This document shows positions 28,511 through 35,144 of a DNA stretch of 35,144 bases, in pieces. Position 1 is the first letter of the stretch. Each line of letters begins with the position of its first letter. The stretch comes from a virus (lineage: Duplodnaviria > Caudoviricetes). The stretch lies in IMG/VR virus record IMGVR_UViG_3300042815_000183, positions 1 to 35,144 of that record. The stretch is one strand, 5' to 3'. Position numbers and translations under genes: made by a program. Below the pieces are notes generated by a model. That model ran no database searches. It was not told the DNA's origin and worked only from the letters and a program-made list of their open reading frames with translations.

Positions 28511-28773
28511 TAAACCCAGACTTTCAACACAGCCCCCTGCAAATGTTGCTGGTTGAAATGCATGAGCTTCACCAAGAATTACAACGTCAAGGGTTTTCAT
28601 CCAAGGACTCTAACGAAATTATTGGTCACATCTTGTACGATCAGATGATGGACCGTCCGCTTGTGTCGGACGTAGATACCGAGTACACTGAAGACCTAGA
28701 AGATTTAGACGACGACAACGACGAAGGAGATTTACTAGATGACGACGACCCCAGCGGAGAACGGCCTCTCTAA
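28507..28773 (+). CDS. Small acidic hypothetical protein
   Basis: 88 aa; GTGA overlap with the upstream stop; helical N-terminus and D/E-rich tail. Confidence 0.6.
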   Translation: MINPDFQHSPLQMLLVEMHELHQELQRQGFSSKDSNEIIGHILYDQMMDRPLVSDVDTEYTEDLEDLDDDNDEGDLLDDDDPSGERPL

Positions 28774-30580
28774 CGTCAAGCTTCACTTGGTAGACACTGT
28801 CGAAAAGGCAGAACAGTTTCTCTCGTGGCTTGGCGAGCGCCGACCGATGAACGCTATTGCCATTGATATTGAAACGGGCGAGAAGCCAGGTGGGCACCGC
28901 AACGATGCGTTGTCCCCGTGGCACGGAAACATTCGCCTCGTTCAGGTAGGAGATGCACAGCAAGGCTGGGCGATCCCGTGGGAAGAATGGGCTGGTGTCT
29001 TCTATCAGGGTATGGAAAACTACGACGGACCCATCGTTTGCCACAACATTGCGTTCGAGGCTCGCTGGTTTTCGGTCAAGTCGCGCTGGGAACTTCCGTG
29101 GCACCAAGCCCACGACACCATGATTATGGCTCAAATCATTGATCCTCTCGGAACAGGTGCGCTCAAGCGCCTTGCGGCTCGATATGTTGATGGCCGCTCA
29201 GTTGCCTTGCAGGACACGCTCGATCGTCAATTCATGGATAACGGCTGGACGTGGGGGACTGTTCCCGTCACGTTTGAGCCGTACTGGGCATACGGCGCTC
29301 TCGATACCGTACTCACAATGCGCCTCTTTGAGCAGTTCTACGAACTATGCGGTCCGGGAAAGCCATACAGCATTCCTTACGAACTCGAGATGGCGACGCG
29401 CAAAATTGTCACGCGCATGGAAATTAATGGTGCTCGCGTCAACCTTGAGTACTCCAAGAGCAAGTACGACGAACTCATGAACTACTCTGACTCCGTCAAG
29501 CAGTGGGCAAAACAAGCCTATGGTGGTGTGTCAATTACGAGTAACATGCAACTCGTGCGCGCATTTGAATGGATGGGTGCTGACATCACGGAGACCACTC
29601 CGTCTGGCAATAAGTCCGTCAGCAAGGATCAACTTGCCATGCTGGTCCGTGACGGTAACGCTGAAGTTAAGCAATTGGCCGATGCGGTACTCAAACAGCG
29701 CAAGGCTGACAAGTTGGCAAGTTCCTACTTCCTTAACTTTATCAACGACAATGTCGATGGGTTTGTCCACCCCTCCGTTAAAACAATGGGTGCTCGTACT
29801 GGCCGTATGTCGATTACAGACCCTGCTTTGCAGACTCTTCCGTCTGGCGATGCTACGGTTCGTCGTGCGTTCATCCCGAAGGATGAGAACCACGTCATTA
29901 TCTCTTCCGACCTTGATCAAGTTGAGTTCCGCCTTACCGCCAACTACAGCGAAGACCCAGCCCTCATCAAGCTGTTCCACGATGCCGATGCTACTGGCGG
30001 TGACGTGTTTACCTCGATTATGCAGCAGGTTTACCGTGATAACACGCTCACTAAGGCAGACCCTCGCCGTAAACTTATCAAGGGTGTCGTCTATGGCAAG
30101 CTCTACGGTGCTGGTGTGGACAAGATGGCTCTAACCGCAGGTGTTCAAACCGACGTCATGCGCGAGGTCGTTGAGGCCTTCGACGGTAACTACCCTGGTG
30201 TCAAAATGTTCCAAAAGCGTATTGAAGACTTTGGGATGCGTCGCGTCCGTGATGAGGGCAAGGGGTATGTTATGACTCGTACCGGACGCCGACTTCCTTG
30301 TGACGACGATCGAGTTTATTCGCTGACCAACTACCTTATTCAAGGGACGGCAGCAGAAGTCTTTAAGCAGAACTTGATTCGACTCGATCAGGCTGACCTT
30401 ACGGAACTCCTTATTGTTCCAGTGCACGACGAAATTGTTCTTCAGGCTCCTCGCGAGAACGCCGAAGAAATCAAGCGTGTTGTGCAAGCCTGCATGACAA
30501 CAACCGAGGGCTGGGACATTCCTCTCACTGCGGGTGTAGACGGGCCTTTCGAGAACTGGGGACAGAAGTACGATGCCTAA
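28739..30580 (+). CDS. polA: DNA polymerase I family A (3'-5' exonuclease + polymerase, no 5' nuclease domain)
   Basis: ExoI AIDIETG, ExoII HNIAFE, ExoIII YGALD; TGRMS..P.LQ; motif A SDLDQVEFR; motif B RKLIKGVVYGKLYG; motif C VHDEIV. Confidence 0.95.
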   Translation: MTTTPAENGLSNVKLHLVDTVEKAEQFLSWLGERRPMNAIAIDIETGEKPGGHRNDALSPWHGNIRLVQVGDAQQGWAIPWEEWAGVFYQGMENYDGPIVCHNIAFEARWFSVKSRWELPWHQAHDTMIMAQIIDPLGTGALKRLAARYVDGRSVALQDTLDRQFMDNGWTWGTVPVTFEPYWAYGALDTVLTMRLFEQFYELCGPGKPYSIPYELEMATRKIVTRMEINGARVNLEYSKSKYDELMNYSDSVKQWAKQAYGGVSITSNMQLVRAFEWMGADITETTPSGNKSVSKDQLAMLVRDGNAEVKQLADAVLKQRKADKLASSYFLNFINDNVDGFVHPSVKTMGARTGRMSITDPALQTLPSGDATVRRAFIPKDENHVIISSDLDQVEFRLTANYSEDPALIKLFHDADATGGDVFTSIMQQVYRDNTLTKADPRRKLIKGVVYGKLYGAGVDKMALTAGVQTDVMREVVEAFDGNYPGVKMFQKRIEDFGMRRVRDEGKGYVMTRTGRRLPCDDDRVYSLTNYLIQGTAAEVFKQNLIRLDQADLTELLIVPVHDEIVLQAPRENAEEIKRVVQACMTTTEGWDIPLTAGVDGPFENWGQKYDA

Positions 30581-31049
30581 ATTTGTGTTGGCTGTAGACC
30601 CCGGAAAAGTTACGGGCATGGCGCTCGCTTCCTTTGGAAAAGGATCCGATCCACATCTAATTTGGGCTGACGAGCTCGAGATGATCGACTACTATGACAA
30701 GCTTCGCGAGTTGTTTGCAAGGTACGGGGACGACCTTGAAATTGTCTGCGAGAAATTTACAATCAATGTGCAGACGGCTAAGAAGTCTCAGGCTCCGTAT
30801 AGCCTTGAGTGCATCGGTGTCCTCAAAGCGGTTATGATGTACTATGGCCGCAACCCCGAGGAGCTGAAGTACCAACTCCCCGCGAATGCCATGAGCATGT
30901 TCCCTAATGCCAAGATTAAGACCATGGGCTACTGGTACCGAGGAGGTGCTGGGCACGCCCTCGATGCAATTCGACATGCGCTACTTTATGTGGTACAACA
31001 GGAGAAGTGGAATTTTTTACCACTACTCAGAAAAGGAAATGACGAATGA
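30573..31049 (+). CDS. RuvC-like Holliday junction resolvase
   Basis: VLAVDPG..TG.A, IVCE and HALDAIRH RNase-H-fold acidic motifs. Confidence 0.75.
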   Translation: MPKFVLAVDPGKVTGMALASFGKGSDPHLIWADELEMIDYYDKLRELFARYGDDLEIVCEKFTINVQTAKKSQAPYSLECIGVLKAVMMYYGRNPEELKYQLPANAMSMFPNAKIKTMGYWYRGGAGHALDAIRHALLYVVQQEKWNFLPLLRKGNDE

Positions 31050-32833
31050 CGATTAATGTCGAACTGAACGAGGAACGCACACAAATCCTTATTAGTGCCG
31101 AGTGGCGTTTCAAGGAGCTGTGTAAGACGATTCCTGGTGCGACATGGGACTCCAAGAGCGATGTGTGGCGTATGCCTGTGTCGTGGTCTGGCTGTCTCGC
31201 CCTGCGCTCTACGTTCCGAGACGCCCTTGCAATTGGTCCGGGGCTGGCTCAGTGGGCAACGGATGAGCGAACTAATCGTATCGACCCTGCTAACGCACTG
31301 CGCGAAGTTACCGTCTCTGACGAGGGGGACGCGGACCTGTTCCCTCACCAGCGAGCTGGTGTCGAATTTTTGGTTACAGCACGTCAGGCGTTGTTGGCTG
31401 ATGAGCCTGGGCTTGGTAAGACTGCACAGGCGATTCGAGCTATCAAGAAACTTCACGATCAGGGGGAGGATGTTTTTCCTGCCCTAATTGTCTGCCCTAA
31501 CACTCTGAAAAAGAACTGGGAACGCGAGTTTGATCGGTGGTGGCCAGGTGTCGACGTTACCGTCATTGGTGGTACCGCCGTTCAACGTCGCAAGCAGTTT
31601 GAAGAGCCTGCTCAGGTCTATGTCATTAACTGGGAAAGCCTCCGTACACACTCGCGCTTGGCTCCCTATGGCTCGGTCTCGCTGGCTCGCTGTAAGGCGT
31701 GTGGCGGAGAGAACGGCTCTATGACCGAAAGCCGTTGTGAGGTTCACCCACGCGAGCTCAACTCTATTGACTTCAAGGCGGTGGTCGCGGATGAAATCCA
31801 TCGATCCAAAGACCCAAAGTCCAAGCAGACTCGCGCCCTCTGGTCGGCGTCGGGCAACGCAGACATTCGATTTGCACTTACCGGAACTCCAATTGCTAAA
31901 GATGTTGTCGACCTGTGGCCGATCTACCACTGGCTTGCCCCAACTGAATTCCCAAGCCGTACTCGCTGGATTGACCGAATGGTCGATACCATGTTCAATG
32001 CTTTCGGCGGGATGATGGTTCTCGGTGTCAAGCCTCAGATGGAGGACGAGTTCTACGCCTCAATCAACCCCCGCATGCGTCGTATGCTCAAGCAGGTTGT
32101 GCTTCCGTGGCTTCCTGAAGTCATTGTCGATCGTCGCGATGTCGAGATGTCGGCCAAGCAAAAGAAAGCTTACAAGGATATGAAAGAGCAAATGATTGCT
32201 GAGATTGAGGACGGTGGCATTGTCACAGCACCCTCAGTCCTGACCCAGACTCTGCGCCTCCTCCAACTTTCGAGCGCGTACGCCACAATAGAAATTGATG
32301 AGACCTCGGGCGAGGAGCGCGTGATTCTCTCCGAGCCGTCGTGCACGATTGATGCCTTGATGGACGACATTAAGAACGCTGACTTCGGCGACGATTCAGT
32401 TGCGGTTTCCGCTGTGTCTCGTCAGTTGATCTACTTGCTGAGTGCTCGCCTCACCAAAGAGGGCATTGCTCACGGCCTCATTACAGGGGCTCAGACCGCT
32501 GATGAGCGACAGTACGCTATCGACGACTTCCAGTCTGGTCGCACTAAGTGGATCCTCTTCACGGCGCAAGCAGGCGGTGTTGGGGTCACCCTGACGGCAG
32601 CTCGTCGCCTGATTCGTCTGCAACGTCCGTGGTCACTCGTTGACGATCGACAGGTCAACGACCGCGTCCACCGCATTGGCTCTGAGATTCACGACTCGAT
32701 CATCATTACTGACTATGTCACTGGCGGAACTGTGCAGGAACGCGTAGTTGACGTGTTAGAATCAAAGTCCGACAATTTCGAACAGATTGTCAAGGACAAG
32801 GAGCAACTCCTCAAGATGCTCAAAGAAGGGTAA
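31046..32833 (+). CDS. SNF2-family DNA helicase
   Basis: DEPGLGKT, IVCP, DEIH, LTGTP, GVGVTLT and DRVHRIG motifs. Confidence 0.92.
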   Translation: MTINVELNEERTQILISAEWRFKELCKTIPGATWDSKSDVWRMPVSWSGCLALRSTFRDALAIGPGLAQWATDERTNRIDPANALREVTVSDEGDADLFPHQRAGVEFLVTARQALLADEPGLGKTAQAIRAIKKLHDQGEDVFPALIVCPNTLKKNWEREFDRWWPGVDVTVIGGTAVQRRKQFEEPAQVYVINWESLRTHSRLAPYGSVSLARCKACGGENGSMTESRCEVHPRELNSIDFKAVVADEIHRSKDPKSKQTRALWSASGNADIRFALTGTPIAKDVVDLWPIYHWLAPTEFPSRTRWIDRMVDTMFNAFGGMMVLGVKPQMEDEFYASINPRMRRMLKQVVLPWLPEVIVDRRDVEMSAKQKKAYKDMKEQMIAEIEDGGIVTAPSVLTQTLRLLQLSSAYATIEIDETSGEERVILSEPSCTIDALMDDIKNADFGDDSVAVSAVSRQLIYLLSARLTKEGIAHGLITGAQTADERQYAIDDFQSGRTKWILFTAQAGGVGVTLTAARRLIRLQRPWSLVDDRQVNDRVHRIGSEIHDSIIITDYVTGGTVQERVVDVLESKSDNFEQIVKDKEQLLKMLKEG

Positions 32834-32837
32834 AGCT

Positions 32838-32966
32838 GTGGCTGGGAAAAGAGGAAAGTCCTCTGGCGTTCGTAACAACGATCGTCAAAATGGCAAGGCA
32901 TTTAAGAAGCACCCCAAGAAGTTCGACACTGAAAAGCGTCGACTCGTTCCGGCACCACCTAAGTAA
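32838..32966 (+). CDS. Small basic peptide (42 aa, below track cutoff)
   Basis: GTG 4 nt after the helicase stop; (M)AGKRGKSSGVRNNDRQNGKAFKKHPKKFDTEKRRLVPAPPK*; fills the gap. Confidence 0.55.
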   Translation: MAGKRGKSSGVRNNDRQNGKAFKKHPKKFDTEKRRLVPAPPK

Positions 32967-32978
32967 GGGAACAAACAA

Positions 32979-33914
32979 ATGACAGAAGGAATCTATACGC
33001 TCTCCAACTCGGAGATTCAGACGTACAAGGACTGTCGCCGTAAGTGGTGGCTGGCCTATTACCGACGTTTGAAGCCAAAGCAGAAGAAGTACAGCGGCCC
33101 CTTGGCTCTTGGATCTCGTGTCCACGAGGCATTGGACCAGTACTACTCGACTGACTCTCCGCTTCTTGACATCTACGCAAACCTTGTTCAAGAGGAGCGT
33201 AAGCTTGTCGAGGCTCAGACGGAGTTTACAAGCGACTTTGAGACAGAAGCCGACCTCGGTCGTATCATGCTCGAAGGGTACCTCGACTGGGTCGAGGAGG
33301 AAGGGATTGACGCCGACCTCGAGTTCATCTCGACGGAAGAAATCCTGACCATGCCAATGTTCGACGGTAGCGTTGAACTTCAGGGCAAGCTGGATATGCG
33401 AGTTCGCCGTAAGGCGGACGGTGTTCGCATGTTCCGCGACTTCAAGACGGTGGGCGGGTCGTTTACTCAGTTCGGTGAAACTGCTCACATGAATGAGCAA
33501 ATCCTCACCTACATGCTCTTGGAAAATGCTCAAAACACAGACACGGACGAACGAAGCGAAGGTGGTCTCTTTACCCTGCTTAAGAAGGTAAAGCGTACTG
33601 CTGCTGCAAAGCCTCCGTTCTACGATCAGTTCGAAGTACGACACAATGTGTACACGTTGCGAGCCTTCTGGCAGCGACTTCATGGTGTAGTATCAGACTT
33701 GATAAAGACTAAAGATGCGTTGGACAATGGCGAAAGTCACTTTGCAGTGGCTTATCCTCGTCCGAACCGGGACTGCAAGTGGAAGTGCGAATTCTTTGCT
33801 ATCTGCCCTCTCATCGATGATGGAAGTGCCGCAGAGTCAGCTTTGGAAATGGGCTACGAAGTTGCAGACCCGTATGCATATTACGGAAAAGACGACCTGA
33901 AAGGTAGTGAATAG
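32979..33914 (+). CDS. Cas4/RecB-family PD-(D/E)XK exonuclease
   Basis: S.S.I..Y..CRRKW, GSRVHEAL, E...GKLD...DFKT, Q...Y and C-terminal C.W.C.F..IC (four-Cys Fe-S-type arrangement). Confidence 0.88.
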   Translation: MTEGIYTLSNSEIQTYKDCRRKWWLAYYRRLKPKQKKYSGPLALGSRVHEALDQYYSTDSPLLDIYANLVQEERKLVEAQTEFTSDFETEADLGRIMLEGYLDWVEEEGIDADLEFISTEEILTMPMFDGSVELQGKLDMRVRRKADGVRMFRDFKTVGGSFTQFGETAHMNEQILTYMLLENAQNTDTDERSEGGLFTLLKKVKRTAAAKPPFYDQFEVRHNVYTLRAFWQRLHGVVSDLIKTKDALDNGESHFAVAYPRPNRDCKWKCEFFAICPLIDDGSAAESALEMGYEVADPYAYYGKDDLKGSE

Positions 33915-34669
33915 TGTCTGAAATTCAGCGCTCTTTGACGATGATGATCTATGGCGCGTCAAAGGTGGGTAAGTCCACTTTTGCCGTCACAGCACCCTAT
34001 CCTCGTCTCATGCTCGATGTGGAGGGCGGCCACCGCTTCCTTCCCATCAACGTCAAGTACTGGGACCCCATGCGGGAAGAACCTCCAGTAGCTGACGGAA
34101 CTTGGGACACCTGCGTTGTGATCGTTCGCGATCTCCACGTTGTGCTCAAGGCCTATCAGTGGCTTCAGGCTGGTAAGCACCAGTTCAAGTCCCTGATCAT
34201 CGACTCCATCTCGGAGTTGCAGGACAAGTACATGACCGACATTGCAGGACAGGATGCGGTCAAGATGCAACAGTGGGGCGAAATCCTGCGTCGTATGGGA
34301 GCATTCCTCCGCGACGTTCGTGACCTCACCTCGCACCCGACGGCACCTCTCGAGGCTGTCGTTCTCACGGCAATGGCTCAGGAGCGTGAAGGTGTCATGC
34401 ACCCTTACCTCCAAGGACAGCTCAAAACTCAGGCACCGTATTTCTACGACATCCTTGGTTACCTGTCTAACGAGACATTCCCGAATCCCGATCCCATGCA
34501 ACCACCGTACAAGGTTCGCCGTCTGTACGTTGAGCGCACGGAAAAGTTCGAAGCAGGCGAGCGCGTACAAGGCCGACTCGGTTCAATTGTTGAACAGGGT
34601 GACCTTGGCGTCGAGCGTATGCTAGACTTGATTTTCGGACCCCGTACTCAGCCGAGTGCGGACCAGTAA
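33914..34669 (+). CDS. Sak4-like AAA ATPase (AAA_24-type) recombination protein
   Basis: YGASKVGKST Walker A, LDVEGG and LIIDSISE; sits between the exonuclease and SSB-like genes. Confidence 0.82.
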   Translation: MSEIQRSLTMMIYGASKVGKSTFAVTAPYPRLMLDVEGGHRFLPINVKYWDPMREEPPVADGTWDTCVVIVRDLHVVLKAYQWLQAGKHQFKSLIIDSISELQDKYMTDIAGQDAVKMQQWGEILRRMGAFLRDVRDLTSHPTAPLEAVVLTAMAQEREGVMHPYLQGQLKTQAPYFYDILGYLSNETFPNPDPMQPPYKVRRLYVERTEKFEAGERVQGRLGSIVEQGDLGVERMLDLIFGPRTQPSADQ

Positions 34670-34695
34670 CAAAACCCGATTACTAAGGAGATAAA

Positions 34696-35144
34696 GTGAC
34701 ACAGATCAACTGGGGAGAAATAATTAAGGAAGCCGCTGAGAGCGGTACATCCTTTGAGCCCCTTCCCGTAGGAGACTACAACCTCACCATCAAAGAAGCC
34801 TCATATAAGAAAGCCCAAAGTGGCCGCGATATGTGGAAGATCACCACTGAGGTGATTGATGGTCCTCACGCGCGTCGTCGTGTGTGGAACAACCTTGTCC
34901 TCGTCACGGAAAACCCTACCGCTCTTGGTATGTTCTTCCGCAAGATGGGCGCACTCGGACTCACTCAAGAGTTCTTTGCTCAGAACCCCGACGTTGACAC
35001 GATTGCTCGTGCCATGATTGGTCGTTCATTCCGTGGTCAGGTTACTCAGGCTGACTACCAGGGTAAGATCAACAACGAGATTCAGATGTTTTACCCGATC
35101 TCGACACAGCCCGGTGTTGCGACTACCGTCGCAGCTCCTGTATC
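34696..35144 (+). CDS. DUF669-like ssDNA-binding protein (3'-truncated, not in track)
   Basis: SD AAGGAG then GTG; (M)TQINWGEIIKEAAESGTSFEPLPVGDY...GPHARRRVWNNL...GMFFRKM...; open to the window end. Confidence 0.8.
   Translation, partial: MTQINWGEIIKEAAESGTSFEPLPVGDYNLTIKEASYKKAQSGRDMWKITTEVIDGPHARRRVWNNLVLVTENPTALGMFFRKMGALGLTQEFFAQNPDVDTIARAMIGRSFRGQVTQADYQGKINNEIQMFYPISTQPGVATTVAAPV

Noticed and set aside
28739-30580. Modified-base (DpoZ-type) polymerase or intein/intron in polA
   Set aside because: No purZ or base-modification genes in the window, and motif spacing leaves no room for an insertion.
32979-33914. Cas4-like gene as a sign of a CRISPR-Cas system
   Set aside because: No repeat-spacer array or other cas genes; the exonuclease-Sak4-SSB trio is a standard phage recombination module.

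Overview
Part of a dsDNA siphovirus genome, with every credible gene on the + strand. Gene order and motifs resemble the Rosebush/cluster-B-like actinobacteriophage plan. Order: truncated head-associated protein with a ParB-like domain, capsid maturation protease polyprotein, major capsid hexamer-type and pentamer-type proteins, major tail, head-tail connectors, tail chaperones, tape measure, large accessory-laden tail-tip proteins, collagen-like and Gly-rich fibres, then replication/recombination genes (PolA, RuvC-like, SNF2 helicase, Cas4-like exonuclease, Sak4-like ATPase, DUF669-like SSB). Two things stand out. (1) The protease ORF carries a complete Dps mini-ferritin domain with intact ferroxidase ligands, separated from its neighbours by a recurring hydrophobic-[TVI]-A-[ASG] motif that also occurs in the other head proteins. 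This suggests a protease-processed head-cargo system that packages Dps into the virion. (2) The tail-tip proteins contain nested ('matryoshka') repeat stalks: a run of module N-halves followed by an equal run of C-halves. In the distal-tail locus this stalk and the apparent Dit C-terminal strand are split across two genes. All calls come from reading motifs by eye; no searches were run.
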